Shown here piece by piece: positions 20,137 to 34,727 of a stretch of 64,000 nt of DNA; positions within the stretch are counted from its first letter, which is position 1; each line of letters opens with the position of its first letter. The stretch lies in NCBI RefSeq assembly GCF_036507355.1, contig NZ_AP027877.1. One strand, given 5' to 3'. The translations under genes were made by a program, and so were the position numbers. The DNA comes from Escherichia coli (GTDB lineage: Bacteria > Pseudomonadota > Gammaproteobacteria > Enterobacterales > Enterobacteriaceae). The notes beneath the pieces were generated by a model. That model ran no database searches. It was given only the letters and a program-made list of their open reading frames with translations, and was not told the DNA's origin.

Positions 20137-21438
20137 TCAAGCAGAGGTAAATTGCGGGATGTTATGCCATAACGGCCAGCTAAACGAGAAGCGGGCACCA
20201 CCCAGTTCGCTGGTGTCACAATTAACCGTACCGCCCATTGCCAGTGCTATAGAGTGGACAATTGCCAGCCCCAGCCCGCAGCCGCCGGTTGAGCGATCCC
20301 GGCTGGGATCGAGGCGAACAAAAGGTTCAAAGATATGTTCGCGGTTTTCTGGGGCAATCCCTGGGCCATCATCCTCAACAATTAATGTCGCTCTATTCCC
20401 CGACAGTAGCAGGCTGGTTTCAACCGTTGAATGGCAGTAGCGCAGGGCGTTATTGAGCAAATTATCCAGCACGCGCTCCATTAAGCGCATATCCAACGCC
20501 GCATAATGGCCTTGCATGAGTGTTTTTATCCGTACCGTTTTATCGGGCGTTACTGCCTGAATATCTGCCAGATGCGTTGACAGCCACAACGGCAGGTCTG
20601 GTTCGCTAAGATGAAGCTCGTTTTGTGGGCGATCGAGTCGGGCATAAGTCAGCAGCTCTTCAATTAAAGCTTCAAGTTGACTGATATCACGATTCAACGC
20701 CTGGGATTCGGCGGCGCTCAGGTTATCGCTCATCTCCAGTCGATAACGCAGGCGCACTAACGGTGTTCGCAGTTCGTGAGCGATACCGTCAATAAGCTGT
20801 TTTTTGCTGGCAATCAAGGCGTTGATATTGTCCGCCATCTGGTTAAATGCGATACCAAGTCGTTCAAAGCTCGAACCCTCATCAAAGTGGATACGTTCAT
20901 TGAGATGCCCATCGCCAAATCGTTGCGCCGCTGCTTCCAGTTTTAACATATCCTGCCAGTGCGGACGCATCCAGATAAACACCGGAAAGGCGAGGGAAAT
21001 AGCAATAAAAGCGATCAGGGCGATATCCAGCAATCGCATCTGATGGAGGTAATAAAGATAAGGAACAGGACCAACTGCCAGCACGTAGTGGCTGCGCGGG
21101 ATACGTTGCAAAAACGTGTACTGATCGTCCAGGGCGACAATTTCGCCGCCACGCAGCCGGTGCATGGAAATATCATCAAGATGGTATTTACTCAGTGGCT
21201 CGACACGCAGATCGAAAGAGAGATTTAAATCCATCTCTTTCAGCGTCTTACCCCAGTCGTGTGGGGGGATCTCACGCAATTCGCTGCGCATCAGATACAG
21301 CGAACTGTTCATCAAATCATCCAGCGACTGTTTGCCCGCGCGTTCGGCGGTAAATTTGTACACCAGCCCAACCAGCAGAGACATCACAAGGAAGCAGACA
21401 AACAATAACAGGTAAAACTGGATAAACAGTTTTTTCAT
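20137..21438 (-). CDS. rstB: sensor histidine kinase RstB
   Basis: 433-aa ORF with N-terminal transmembrane segments, H-box (IAHELRTPL) and ATPase domain; follows rstA. Confidence 0.9.
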   Translation of the reverse strand: MKKLFIQFYLLLFVCFLVMSLLVGLVYKFTAERAGKQSLDDLMNSSLYLMRSELREIPPHDWGKTLKEMDLNLSFDLRVEPLSKYHLDDISMHRLRGGEIVALDDQYTFLQRIPRSHYVLAVGPVPYLYYLHQMRLLDIALIAFIAISLAFPVFIWMRPHWQDMLKLEAAAQRFGDGHLNERIHFDEGSSFERLGIAFNQMADNINALIASKKQLIDGIAHELRTPLVRLRYRLEMSDNLSAAESQALNRDISQLEALIEELLTYARLDRPQNELHLSEPDLPLWLSTHLADIQAVTPDKTVRIKTLMQGHYAALDMRLMERVLDNLLNNALRYCHSTVETSLLLSGNRATLIVEDDGPGIAPENREHIFEPFVRLDPSRDRSTGGCGLGLAIVHSIALAMGGTVNCDTSELGGARFSFSWPLWHNIPQFTSA

Positions 21439-21441
21439 CGC

Positions 21442-22161
21442 TTATTCCCATGCATGAGGCGCAAAAAGATAGCCTTTGTTACGCACCGTTTTAATGCGAT
21501 AAGGTTCTGCGGCGTTATCGAGCAGTTTTTTTCTTAACCGCGAAATAGCCACGTCCACGCTACGATCCAGTCCGTCATAACTGACGCCGCGTAAATTTTT
21601 CAGCAATGCATCGCGGTCCATGATTTGCCCGGCATGGGTAGCTAATTCCCACAATAATTCGAAATCAGCTGTCGAGAGCGAGATTTCAGTGTTAGCCAGG
21701 GTGACTACGCGGTTGATGGGATCGATGGTCAACGTGCCGAAATGCAGGGCTTTGTAGGGAGTCAGAGACGTTTCCTGAAGACCTTTGGTCAGTGTGGCTT
21801 GCTCATTCTGACGCAAATGCAAACGTAAACGCGCTAGCAAAACAGCAGGGGGCGTCGTTTTGAGAATATAGTCGCAGGCACCCATTTCCAGTGCCAGGAT
21901 GTGGTTCATATCGCTATCGAGAGAGGTTAGAAGAACAATCGGTCCAGACCACTTTGCGCGTAAATCACGACAAATGGTCATGCCGTCCTTGCCTGGTAGC
22001 ATGATGTCGAGTAACACCAAATCCGGATTTTCTCGCAAAATGGTTTCTTCGGCATGGTCGCCGCGCGGCTCTACGGTAACCTGCATATCATGTTTTGCCA
22101 GGTACGCGGCAATCAGTGAACCGACTTCCGCATCATCTTCCACAAATACGATAGTGTTCAT
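21442..22161 (-). CDS. rstA: OmpR-family response regulator RstA
   Basis: 239 aa from MNTIVFVEDD; receiver domain plus winged-helix output domain. Confidence 0.9.
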   Translation of the reverse strand: MNTIVFVEDDAEVGSLIAAYLAKHDMQVTVEPRGDHAEETILRENPDLVLLDIMLPGKDGMTICRDLRAKWSGPIVLLTSLDSDMNHILALEMGACDYILKTTPPAVLLARLRLHLRQNEQATLTKGLQETSLTPYKALHFGTLTIDPINRVVTLANTEISLSTADFELLWELATHAGQIMDRDALLKNLRGVSYDGLDRSVDVAISRLRKKLLDNAAEPYRIKTVRNKGYLFAPHAWE

Positions 22162-22289
22162 AACATTCACGGTAGATATAAAAACGTCACAATACACCGC
22201 GCTGTTTTTACTTACTATCAATCGTTTCTAAACAAGTTTTCATCAGGTATTCTACTGATGACTTGTTATGGAAGTGTTAAGGTAAAAAG

Positions 22290-22625
22290 ATGGGGCTGGT
22301 AATCAAAGCCGCGCTCGGTGCGCTGGTAGTGCTGTTGATTGGTGTTTTAGCAAAAACGAAAAATTATTATATCGCCGGGCTGATTCCACTTTTCCCGACC
22401 TTTGCGCTTATCGCGCATTATATTGTTGCCAGCGAACGCGGCATTGAAGCCTTACGCGCAACCATCATTTTTAGTATGTGGTCGATTATTCCCTATTTTG
22501 TTTACCTGGTGTCGCTGTGGTATTTCACCGGAATGATGCGCTTACCCGCTGCTTTTGTTGGTTCTGTTGCGTGTTGGGGGATAAGCGCATGGGTGTTGAT
22601 TATATGCTGGATAAAGCTGCATTAA
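22290..22625 (+). CDS. ydgC: GlpM-family inner membrane protein
   Basis: 111-aa hydrophobic ORF recognised as YdgC. Confidence 0.8.
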   Translation: MGLVIKAALGALVVLLIGVLAKTKNYYIAGLIPLFPTFALIAHYIVASERGIEALRATIIFSMWSIIPYFVYLVSLWYFTGMMRLPAAFVGSVACWGISAWVLIICWIKLH

Positions 22626-23344
22626 CGCAGATGACGACCGCCATCAAGTGGGAAACTGCGTCCGGTGACAAAGCAACTGGTAAGTAAGTAATCGACCAGG
22701 TCGATCACTTCTTTCTCGCCAGGCGCGGTTTTCATCAGTGATTTATTCAGCGCCTGTTGTCGATATTCGGCATCATCATGTTCATTAAACAGGATCAGCG
22801 ATGGCGCAATAGAATTCACTTTCACTTCCGGTGCCAGCTTGCGGGCAAACGAGCGGGTCATATTATCCAGTGCCGCTTTGCTTGCAGCATACGCAATATG
22901 TTTGTCGCTACCGCGCTCCACCACATAATCGGTAAAGTGAATGATATCGCTGGCGGCGTGTCCGTGCCCACGAAGTAATCTTTCCAGCGCATGGTTGAGC
23001 AGGTATGGGGTATTAACGTGGATCTGCATCATGCAAGCCAGTACGTCGGCCAGTGGCGCACCCGGTTTTTCCGCCATCCACGCACTGGCGTTATGCAAAA
23101 TAGCACGCAGACCATGGGTGCTTTTTAGTACTTCATCGGCAAACGCCATCACACCGTCGTTGGTCGAAAAATCAGCCTGAATACACTGCGCACCTGCATT
23201 AATCAGTCCATCAATGGCTGGATAGTGTGTCCGATAGCTGACAATCACCGGTTGCTTTTGATTAATGAAATGCCATGCGAGGGCGAGGCCGATGCGACGA
23301 CCTCCGCCAGTAATTAATATTGGCAAGGGCTGGGTTTTACCCAT
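22622..23344 (-). CDS. folM: dihydromonapterin reductase / alternative dihydrofolate reductase (SDR family)
   Basis: 240-aa ORF with N-terminal TGGGRRIG NAD(P)-binding motif. Confidence 0.88.
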   Translation of the reverse strand: MGKTQPLPILITGGGRRIGLALAWHFINQKQPVIVSYRTHYPAIDGLINAGAQCIQADFSTNDGVMAFADEVLKSTHGLRAILHNASAWMAEKPGAPLADVLACMMQIHVNTPYLLNHALERLLRGHGHAASDIIHFTDYVVERGSDKHIAYAASKAALDNMTRSFARKLAPEVKVNSIAPSLILFNEHDDAEYRQQALNKSLMKTAPGEKEVIDLVDYLLTSCFVTGRSFPLDGGRHLR

Positions 23345-23380
23345 CGTTATCTCCTTTGCTATCCAACGATGGGATGAACG

Positions 23381-24763
23381 TTATCCCACCAGCATCCAGG
23401 TCGCCGGAACTGAGGCAATTAACAGCATGCCAATCAGCACCATTTCCTGACGGTTCAGTACATTATCATGTGTATGAGTTTTGCGCGCATACAGGAAAAC
23501 CAGCAGCCCCGGTGCATACAGAACAACGGATAACAGCAAGTGCATTGGACCAGAGGCGTACAATAACCATAAGCCATAAATGCAGGCACCGACACCTACC
23601 GCTTTATGCAGTGGACGGGTTGCGATTTTCAGCAAGAACGCGCCGACCAGGAAATAGGGCACCAGAATCATTTCTGAGGCGATGGTCAGCAACGTGTTGT
23701 AATCGGAACCGGTCAGCCAGATGAGTACCAGACAAATTTGCACGCAGATGTTTGTCAACCACAGTGAGGCGGATGGCGCAGCTTGTGCGTTCTGGCGCGC
23801 AAAAATGCGTGGGAATGCTTTATGAGTGGCAGCCAGGAACGGAACTTCTGCCGCCATGATGGTCCAGCTTAAGTACGCGCCGCAAACGGAAACGATCAAA
23901 CCGGCAGCGATGATGATTTCGCCCCATGGTCCCATCATTTCCACCATCAGACCGGCCATTGACGGGTTACGAATTTCAGCCAGTTCAGGACGTGCCACCA
24001 CACCCAGCGAAAGCAGCGTTACCAGCAAGTAAACGCCCAGAGCGGAGAGAACCGCCAGCAGTGTCGCTTTGCCAACATCACGTTTATTACGCGCACGCGC
24101 AGAAACAACCACGGCACCTTCCACACCAATGAAAACCCACAGGGTGATCAGCATGGTGTTTTTCACCTGTTCCCAAACAGGTACGCCAAGTGCAAGTCCG
24201 GTGAAGTCGAGCTTGAAGGTATCCAGTTTGAACATCATCATCGCCAGCACAACAAACAGACCCAGCGGCAACAATTTTGCCAGTGTCGCCACCAGGTTAA
24301 TGCTGGCAGCGGTTTGCACCCCGCGCAGGATCAAAAAGTGAACAATCCACAATAAAGCCGATGCACCGACTATCGATTGCCAGGTATTACCATCGCCAAA
24401 CAGGCGCAATTCCGGCGTGTCCGTAAAAAAGCTTAACGCGGAAAAAACGATCACCAGATAGGAGACGTTGGCGATGACTGCGCACAGCCAGTATCCCCAT
24501 GCGGAACAAAAGCCGATTAGCTCGCCAAACCCTTCGCGGGCATAGGTAAAGATACCGCCGTCAAGTTCGGGACGAATGCGCGTGAGGATCAGCATGGCAA
24601 AGGCCAGCAATAAAATGCCAGCGCCAGTAATACCCCAGCCGATAAGCAGTGCTGCCGGGCTGGCAACTGCCGCCATATTTTGCGGCAGACTGAAAACACC
24701 CGCGCCCAGCATTGAGCTTAATACCAGCGCGGTGAGTGCGCTCAGTCCCAGTTTCTTTTCCAT
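23381..24763 (-). CDS. ydgI: APC-superfamily basic amino acid antiporter (ArcD-like)
   Basis: 460-aa polytopic membrane ORF recognised as YdgI. Confidence 0.85.
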   Translation of the reverse strand: MEKKLGLSALTALVLSSMLGAGVFSLPQNMAAVASPAALLIGWGITGAGILLLAFAMLILTRIRPELDGGIFTYAREGFGELIGFCSAWGYWLCAVIANVSYLVIVFSALSFFTDTPELRLFGDGNTWQSIVGASALLWIVHFLILRGVQTAASINLVATLAKLLPLGLFVVLAMMMFKLDTFKLDFTGLALGVPVWEQVKNTMLITLWVFIGVEGAVVVSARARNKRDVGKATLLAVLSALGVYLLVTLLSLGVVARPELAEIRNPSMAGLMVEMMGPWGEIIIAAGLIVSVCGAYLSWTIMAAEVPFLAATHKAFPRIFARQNAQAAPSASLWLTNICVQICLVLIWLTGSDYNTLLTIASEMILVPYFLVGAFLLKIATRPLHKAVGVGACIYGLWLLYASGPMHLLLSVVLYAPGLLVFLYARKTHTHDNVLNRQEMVLIGMLLIASVPATWMLVG

Positions 24764-24908
24764 CGATATCCAGTGATTAAAACGTGATAAGAAGAATAAA
24801 TATTAGGGCAAAACGCATAAAAATGGAGTTTGCCACTGAAGCGCGGGATTTTACGAAGAGATGTGTCTGCATGCAATGGTCGCAGGGAAATTTGTGACTA
24901 AAAATGCG

Positions 24909-24930
24909 AAAGGCGGCATCAAGCCGCCTT
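24909..24930 (-). terminator. intrinsic terminator downstream of ydgH
   Basis: Hairpin aaggcggc-atca-gccgcctt immediately 3' of ydgH on the minus strand. Confidence 0.6.
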
Positions 24931-24948
24931 ATAGGAGTAACTGAATAG

Positions 24949-25893
24949 TTATTTATACAGATCTGCGCTGACGGTCAGGTTATTACCACGTTCCTGCCAC
25001 TGGCGGGTGATGTGGTAATACTTAGCACCTTTCTTCGCGGCACGTTTCGCAACCTGATAGGAGACTTCGGTCATGTTGCCGTAGTTGCCAGAGAATTTGA
25101 TGCTGTCGAACGGGACCATCATCGCTGCGGTCGCTTTGTTCAGTTCTTCGACTTTAGTGCCATCCGGGAGCGTGACGGTGTAACGCCCGCCTTTTGATGA
25201 CTGGGTTTCAAAGAAGCGACCGACTTCAGAACTTGGTGATGCGGTAGTCGCAACACCCGGGATCTCAACTTTCTTCGCGGCTTCGCCACCGGCAGCCAGA
25301 GCTGCACGTCCTGCTTCGGAATCTGCCGGGATCACATCCGGGCTCTGGACGATACGTTTCTTAGCATCTTTTTTATAGATGAATGCAGTAATACGCTGGT
25401 TGCCGCCCTGGTTGGCATCGATTTGACGAACGATGTAGAAAGAGTAGGCACCTTTCGCTTTTGCCGCTTTGGTGATGGCATCATTGACTTCTGGCTGGCT
25501 ACGATAGAAGCCCTGGACGGTGACCGTGTCAAACGGTTCAATCAGAACAGCCTGATCTTTCGGCAGTTCGACAACACCGTTAATTACGCGATTACTTGTT
25601 TCTTCTGCTTTTTCAGCATCGGCTTTATAGAGGTCAGCGACCACACGCCAGTTACCGCTGTTACCAAAATCAGAAGTGTCGACAACATAAAAAGAGGCGG
25701 CACCTTCTTTATCTGCGCGACGAGAAACGGCTTTCACCGCTTCGCCAATAGCATTAAAACGACCGGTAACCACTACACGGTCAAAAGGTTTAACCGCTGC
25801 CGCTTGCTCCGGTGTCAGTTCTGTTGCTGCGTTAACGGAGAATGCCGTAGCAGAAAGCAGTGCCGACGCCAGGAGGGTGTTCTTAAGCTTCAT
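24949..25893 (-). CDS. ydgH: DUF1471 periplasmic protein YdgH
   Basis: 314-aa ORF with signal peptide and internally repeated domains. Confidence 0.85.
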   Translation of the reverse strand: MKLKNTLLASALLSATAFSVNAATELTPEQAAAVKPFDRVVVTGRFNAIGEAVKAVSRRADKEGAASFYVVDTSDFGNSGNWRVVADLYKADAEKAEETSNRVINGVVELPKDQAVLIEPFDTVTVQGFYRSQPEVNDAITKAAKAKGAYSFYIVRQIDANQGGNQRITAFIYKKDAKKRIVQSPDVIPADSEAGRAALAAGGEAAKKVEIPGVATTASPSSEVGRFFETQSSKGGRYTVTLPDGTKVEELNKATAAMMVPFDSIKFSGNYGNMTEVSYQVAKRAAKKGAKYYHITRQWQERGNNLTVSADLYK

Positions 25894-26353
25894 AAAAATA
25901 ATCCTTCGCCTTGCGCAAACCAGGTACTGGTATTGTTATTAACGAGAAACGTGGCTGATTATTGCATTTAAACGGTGTAACTGTCTGCGTCATTTTTCAT
26001 ATCACATTCCTTAAGCCATTTTTAATCCTGCTCAAATGACCGTCTATGCTTAAAAAACAGCCGTATCAGCATCATTACTACTGAAGCAACTGAATTGTAT
26101 AAGTTAATTTAATGTTAAGTAGTGATTCGTGCCGGGGCGATGTCTCGTTTTACCCGACCGTCGAAGACAATTATCAGTCTTTATCCGGCGTTCTAAGGTG
26201 TTTATCCCACTATCACGGCTGAATCGTTAATATTTTGCGAGTTCACGCCGAAATACTGATTTTTGGCGCTAGATCACAGGCATAATTTTCAGTACGTTAT
26301 AGGGCGTTTGTTACTAATTTATTTTAACGGAGTAACATTTAGCTCGTACATGA

Positions 26354-27949
<1,596 letters not shown>

Positions 27950-27956
27950 GGGGTAA

Positions 27957-29348
<1,392 letters not shown>

Positions 29349-29352
29349 CCCT

Positions 29353-29374
29353 GACGGCCTCTGCGGAGGCCGTC
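29353..29374. terminator. bidirectional hairpin between pntB and tqsA
   Basis: gacggcctc-tgcg-gaggccgtc with T-rich flank; lies between convergent genes. Confidence 0.65.
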
Positions 29375-30407
29375 ACTCTTTATTGAGATCGCTTAACAGA
29401 ACGGCGATGCTTTGACCTCCCGCTGTTTGTTCAAGCGCAATTTTGACAATAATTGTCAACGGCACGGAAAGCAGCATACCCACCGGTCCTAACAACCATC
29501 CCCAAAAAATCAACGACAAAAATACCACCAATGTCGAAAGCCCCAGCCCACGTCCCATGATGCGCGGCTCCAGAATATTGCCGAAGACCAGATTAATCAG
29601 CAGATATCCCGCCAGCACCAGCAACGCTTCGTAGAAGCCATTAAACACCAGTACCTGAGCGATAGGGGGGATTGCCGCGAGAACTGAACCAATATTAGGG
29701 ATGTAATTAAGCGCAAAGGCCAGCAATCCCCAGACAAAAGCGAAGCGAACATCGAGTGCGGCGAGCATCGCCCAGGCGACCAGGCCGGTGATGATGCTGA
29801 TGGCTGTTTTCAGCACCAGATAATGAGACACACTGTCAATCGCACGCTGAATCGCCGCCATCCCTTCAACCGGACGCGCCATCATTTGCTGAAATTTTCC
29901 GGGCAATTGTGGCACTTCGAGCAGCATAAACAGCACCGTCAGCAGCAATAAAAATATTGATGACATGGCATTAGATAACTGCGTCAATAAGTTGGTGAGC
30001 AACGTCATCGCCGCGTTCGGATCAATGTAATGCGCCAGTTGGTCAACTGAGACGTCAATCCCTACGCGTTGCAACAACGGCTCAAGAGCTTGCAGCGGCG
30101 TCATAATAGAGTTGCGATATTGCGGTAACGTCCGCGTCAACTCGTTGAGCGCGGAACCCAGATAAGCTAACAGCAACACCATAGCCATCACGATGATGGT
30201 CATCAAAATTGACACCGCCAGTACACGCGGCACTCGCCAGCGGACCATGTGTTGCACCAGCGGGTTAAGAATAACAGCAATAAATAATGCGAGAATAAAC
30301 GGCACGATGATCTCGGCGGCAAAACGGATACCGCAGAGAATAATGACCAGCATTCCCAACATAATGACGATTTTTAGGCCATTGAGCGTGATGATCGGCT
30401 TTGCCAT
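29373..30407 (-). CDS. tqsA: AI-2 exporter family membrane protein TqsA (YdgG)
   Basis: 344-aa polytopic membrane ORF recognised as TqsA. Confidence 0.88.
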
Positions 30408-30818
30408 GCTTGTCCCCGTTTTTTCTTCCTTTGCTAATAATAATGTCTTTTTCGCTCCGTCATCATAACGAAAATCAAACCGCTCAGGTAAAGAAGTGAA
30501 AATATTTTGAGTTAATTCTTAAGCTATGATACAAATCAGGCGTGTTCAACTACCGAGGACAATTATCATCCGCGATGACGAGAAGCAACACTGCGGATAA
30601 TTGTAATATTATGGACAATTTGTTCAGGACGTTATTTTCTACATTTACCCATCTTCGTACCTCATCCACTATCTTGCTCGTAGGTGAGCAGCACTGGCGC
30701 AACGCGCTTTAGTCCTTTCTTCTGCCAAAGCTTGCGCTAAGCGCGGGGCTTGACCACTTTACTTTGGTTTCGCTGAATTAAGCGAAAATTAAAATAATTC
30801 TCTTGCAGGAGAAGGACA

Positions 30819-31184
30819 ATGTATATTTATTGGATTTTATTAGGTCTGGCTATTGCTACAGAAATTACCGGTACGCTGTCCATGAAATGGGCGAGCGTCA
30901 GTGAGGGAAATGGCGGCTTTATTTTAATGCTGGTGATGATTTCTCTGTCGTATATATTTCTCTCTTTCGCCGTTAAAAAAATCGCCTTAGGCGTAGCTTA
31001 TGCGCTGTGGGAAGGTATCGGTATTTTATTTATTACCTTGTTTAGCGTTTTGTTATTCGACGAAAGTTTATCGCTGATGAAAATTGCCGGGTTAACCACC
31101 CTGGTGGCCGGGATTGTGTTGATCAAATCAGGTACCCGTAAAGCGCATAAACCTGAACTGGAGGTGAACCATGGCGCAGTTTGA
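30819..31184 (+). CDS. mdtJ: SMR-family spermidine exporter subunit MdtJ
   Basis: 121-aa four-helix SMR protein; overlaps mdtI. Confidence 0.9.
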
Positions 31185-31500
31185 ATGGGTTCACGCCGCC
31201 TGGCTGGCATTGGCAATCGTGCTGGAAATCGTTGCTAACGTCTTTTTGAAATTTTCTGACGGCTTTCGTCGCAAAATATTTGGCTTGCTCTCCCTGGCGG
31301 CGGTGCTGGCTGCCTTTAGTGCGCTTTCTCAGGCCGTTAAAGGGATCGACTTGTCTGTCGCTTATGCATTGTGGGGCGGGTTTGGTATTGCCGCCACGTT
31401 AGCCGCAGGTTGGATCTTGTTTGGTCAACGGTTAAATCGTAAAGGCTGGATTGGCCTGGTCTTGCTGTTGGCTGGAATGATCATGGTGAAACTTGCCTGA
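31171..31500 (+). CDS. mdtI: SMR-family spermidine exporter subunit MdtI
   Basis: 109-aa SMR protein paired with mdtJ. Confidence 0.9.
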
Positions 31501-31505
31501 TGAAC

Positions 31506-31535
31506 ACGCTGCCCGCACAGTCGGGCAGCGTTTGA
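31506..31535. terminator. bidirectional hairpin between mdtI and ydgD
   Basis: acgctgcccg-cacagt-cgggcagcgt followed by a T-run. Confidence 0.65.
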
Positions 31536-31538
31536 ACA

Positions 31539-32360
31539 TTATTTTTGCGACAGTTGATCCAGCTTGTCGCGAAAACCGGTAACAGAAATGGCCCGGTTAT
31601 CGGCGCGCCAGCGATCTTTCGCGGCAGGAGCCGAACTTTGCACCCCAATTAATTGCCAGCCGTCATTGGTATGCAACATCAGAGGCGAACCGCTGTCACC
31701 CGGCAAGGTATCGCACTGATGTGACATCACCGACGTTTGCGCCCAGCCAGTCACTTCACAGTTTTGATGACTGTATAACGTATCGAGATGATCTTCAGGG
31801 TATCCCGCCTGAGTCACTTTACGACCAGCCGATTTTAATGCGGCAGTAAGCGCGGCTTTATCTCCCTCAAATAACGGCAACGGTGTAATGCCAGAAGGGG
31901 GATTACGTAGCACAATCAAACCGAAGTCCCACGGCGCAGCTGCGGGAGGAACAATCCAACCATCCCCATCTGCTTTTAACCGCTTTCCCAGTGTCGGATC
32001 AACGCGGCCTTCTATGTCGTGGATCTCATAGCGCCAAAGACCTTTATTTGACACAAAACGCAGCGCCACCGCTTTATCGGCTTTACCCTTTGGTGGCGTC
32101 AATAAACAGTGCCCTGCCGTTAATGCCAGATTGGGGGCAATCAGCGTCGCCGTACATAAATTGCCGCTGGCCGTTTCCAGTTGCCCAACCGCATCCCACG
32201 GTGATTGGGTCGTGTCATTCACTGGCACACGATCATCATGACCAAAAAACAGGGTGCTGACCTCATCGTTTGCCGATTTGGCAACGTCTGGTTTATCTGC
32301 AAACACAAAAGCAGACGTCAAACTAATTGCACCCAACACTACAGCAATGGTTGTACGCAT
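31539..32360 (-). CDS. ydgD: secreted trypsin-like serine protease family protein YdgD
   Basis: 273-aa ORF with signal peptide, catalytic His context TAGHC and Ser context GDSGSPL. Confidence 0.85.
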   Translation of the reverse strand: MRTTIAVVLGAISLTSAFVFADKPDVAKSANDEVSTLFFGHDDRVPVNDTTQSPWDAVGQLETASGNLCTATLIAPNLALTAGHCLLTPPKGKADKAVALRFVSNKGLWRYEIHDIEGRVDPTLGKRLKADGDGWIVPPAAAPWDFGLIVLRNPPSGITPLPLFEGDKAALTAALKSAGRKVTQAGYPEDHLDTLYSHQNCEVTGWAQTSVMSHQCDTLPGDSGSPLMLHTNDGWQLIGVQSSAPAAKDRWRADNRAISVTGFRDKLDQLSQK

Positions 32361-32635
32361 ATCACACTCTGGTGGGTAATTATGATTATTAAAAGCAAAC
32401 CCTCATAAATACTATAGACGGGACGGGATGAAAGTGGGAGTAAAATCAGATAACTACAGTCAGGAAAGATAAAAACGGGCGGCAATCAGTGCGCATAAAA
32501 TAAGGATGATCAGAATGAACTCAAAGCGATAACGGCCCACCATACTACCCTCCGCTAAAGGCGGTGCTAAACGTTACCCGCTTAGCACCGTAATTTTCAG
32601 GCGCGAGGGGGCGCGCCAGCATTACTGTTGAAAAC

Positions 32636-32944
32636 TTACGCTGCGGGTTGTGCAGCAGGTTTTGCCGGTTGCTGATGGCTGTGTTTCTTGGCGTGTTTCT
32701 TCGCTGCCTGCGCTTTTTGTTCAGGGGCTTTCTGTTCAGCTTTCGCATTTTTATGATGCTTTTTAGCCGCCTGCGCTTTCTGGGCAGGTGCTGCTTTATG
32801 CTGTTTTTTATGATGTGTAGTTTTCGCCGGCGCTGCTTTGGTGGTCGTCGCAGTCGGAGCAGGTGTGGTCGCAGTCTCTGCAGCAAAGGCGGCAGAAGAC
32901 AGACCCATAGCAGCGGCAACAACCAGAGCTAATACTTTTTTCAT
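32636..32944 (-). CDS. asr: acid shock protein Asr
   Basis: 102 aa from [11 protein letters not shown]; signal peptide then Lys/His/Ala/Gln-rich repeats. Confidence 0.9.
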   Translation of the reverse strand: MKKVLALVVAAAMGLSSAAFAAETATTPAPTATTTKAAPAKTTHHKKQHKAAPAQKAQAAKKHHKNAKAEQKAPEQKAQAAKKHAKKHSHQQPAKPAAQPAA

Positions 32945-33214
32945 TGTCATACCCTCAATTTGTTTTTTCATTTAACCCCACTGCGGGGCCGTTGAAATAA
33001 CTATATCCCTGGGAATGGCAGACTTCCGTGAGTGGTTGGTTTCAGCGTGTAACGATATGTACAAACGCTGAATAAATTACAGCGTTGATAATAACGTATT
33101 GTGACTTAAGGGAAATTTAGCTACCAATAATAGTAGTCTTGATCGGGTTAACTATTTTACTACTTACAAAGCGGTAGAATAACTGCGCATCAGTAATAAA
33201 TGACACACAGCAAA

Positions 33215-33319
33215 ATGAATCCGTTTATTTGGGTACTTATAATCCTGATGACGCTAGACGCGCTGCGGGAATTGGCTGGCGCTTCGTCTATTTTAGGATG
33301 GCTATTAACGTTGGTTTGA
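33215..33319 (+). CDS. small hydrophobic ORF (34 aa, MNPFIWVLIILMTLDALRELAGASSILGWLLTLV); possibly YdgU-like
   Basis: Short ORF with a clear transmembrane stretch in the asr-ynfM intergenic region; identity is tentative. Confidence 0.35.
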   Translation: MNPFIWVLIILMTLDALRELAGASSILGWLLTLV

Positions 33320-33328
33320 GCAGGCAAT

Positions 33329-33362
33329 AAGTCCGGACGGGTATTTACCGCAATCCGGACTT
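33329..33362. terminator. hairpin at the ynfM 3' end
   Basis: aagtccgga ... tccggactt inverted repeat followed by ATTTTT. Confidence 0.55.
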
Positions 33363-33367
33363 ATTTT

Positions 33368-34621
33368 TCAGGCGTGCAGACGACGATGCAAACGCGTCCC
33401 GACCAGCAGAGCAATGACCAGCATCAGAGCAATAAATGCGCCGACGCCGTTCCAGCCATAGTTATGCCAGAAAACACCACCCAGCGTCCCGGCAATACTC
33501 GACCCCAGATAGTAACTGAACAGATACAGCGAGGAGGCCTGGCCTTTAGCGCGTTTTGCGCGGGGGCCGATCCAGCTGCTGGCAACTGAGTGGGCTGCGA
33601 AGAATCCTGCTGAGAAGAGTAACATTCCGGCAAAGATCAGCCACAGCGAGCTGAATAAGGTCATCAGTAAACCAAACAGCATAACCCCCGTCGAAAACAA
33701 CATCACTGGACCACGCCCATAGCGGGTGGTCATGGTTCCGGCTTTGGGTGAGCTCCATGTACCGGTCAAATAAGCCAGCGATAATAAGCCAACCACGGCC
33801 TGACTGACATGCCAGGGGGAGAGCATCAACCGATAGCCGATGTAATTAAACAGCGTGACGAACGACCCCATCAGCAAAAAGCCTTCTGCGAACAATAACG
33901 GTAATCCCCGGTCACGCCAGTGCAGACGAAAGTTGATAAACAACGACTTAGGTCGCAGCGAAGTCGGGCGAAAATGGCGTGATTCCGGGAGGATTTTCCA
34001 GAACATCAACGCCGAGGCTAGCGCGAAACAACCGATTGCCGCCAGCGCAATTCGCCAGTTGAAAAAGTCCGTGAAGACACCGCTAATTAAGCGTCCGCTC
34101 ATGCCGCCAATTGAGTTGCCGCTGATATACAACCCCATCGAAAAGGCCACGAAACTGGGGTGGATTTCCTCGCTAAGATAAGTCATGCCAACAGCTGCCA
34201 CGCCACTTAACGAAAGCCCAATCAAGGCGCGCATAATCAAAATGCCGTGCCAGCTGGTCATCATTGTCGAAAGTAACGTACAAATGGAGGCCAACAGTAG
34301 CGCCGTGACCATCACTGGTTTGCGACCAATGGCATCGGATAGCGGACCAGTAAACAGCAAACCGATAGCCAACATCGCCGTGGAAATGGACAGTGAAATA
34401 CTACTGTTCGCGGGCGTTAAGCCAAACTCCTGCGAAAGCACCGGAAGGATAGGCTGCACACAATAGAGAAGTGCAAATGTTGCCAGTCCGGCAGAGAACA
34501 GCGCCAGGGTGACGCGCATAAATTGCGGCGTACCGCGTTTAATAAATTGATTTGGCTGAGAAATGCTTTGCTTGTCAGTGTCGCTTGCCGGAGCGCCATC
34601 AACAGTTGTAGTACGGCTCAC
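33368..34621 (-). CDS. ynfM: MFS transporter YnfM
   Basis: 417-aa, 12-TM MFS-type ORF. Confidence 0.88.
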   Translation of the reverse strand: MSRTTTVDGAPASDTDKQSISQPNQFIKRGTPQFMRVTLALFSAGLATFALLYCVQPILPVLSQEFGLTPANSSISLSISTAMLAIGLLFTGPLSDAIGRKPVMVTALLLASICTLLSTMMTSWHGILIMRALIGLSLSGVAAVGMTYLSEEIHPSFVAFSMGLYISGNSIGGMSGRLISGVFTDFFNWRIALAAIGCFALASALMFWKILPESRHFRPTSLRPKSLFINFRLHWRDRGLPLLFAEGFLLMGSFVTLFNYIGYRLMLSPWHVSQAVVGLLSLAYLTGTWSSPKAGTMTTRYGRGPVMLFSTGVMLFGLLMTLFSSLWLIFAGMLLFSAGFFAAHSVASSWIGPRAKRAKGQASSLYLFSYYLGSSIAGTLGGVFWHNYGWNGVGAFIALMLVIALLVGTRLHRRLHA

Positions 34622-34727
34622 TTGAAATCCTTGCTAAATATGCCTGTGGATCAGGCTTATACATAGGTTAGGAAAATCGAATTGTTCTGTCTAATATATT
34701 AATAATCTCAAATAAGATGTTTTAAAT

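Noticed and set aside
32545-32932. Arg/Lys-rich ORFs on both strands overlapping asr (for example 32545..32922 on the minus strand, 32648..32932 on the plus strand)
   Set aside because: These are out-of-frame or antisense artefacts of the biased, repetitive composition of asr; the signal-peptide-containing frame that matches Asr is the real one.
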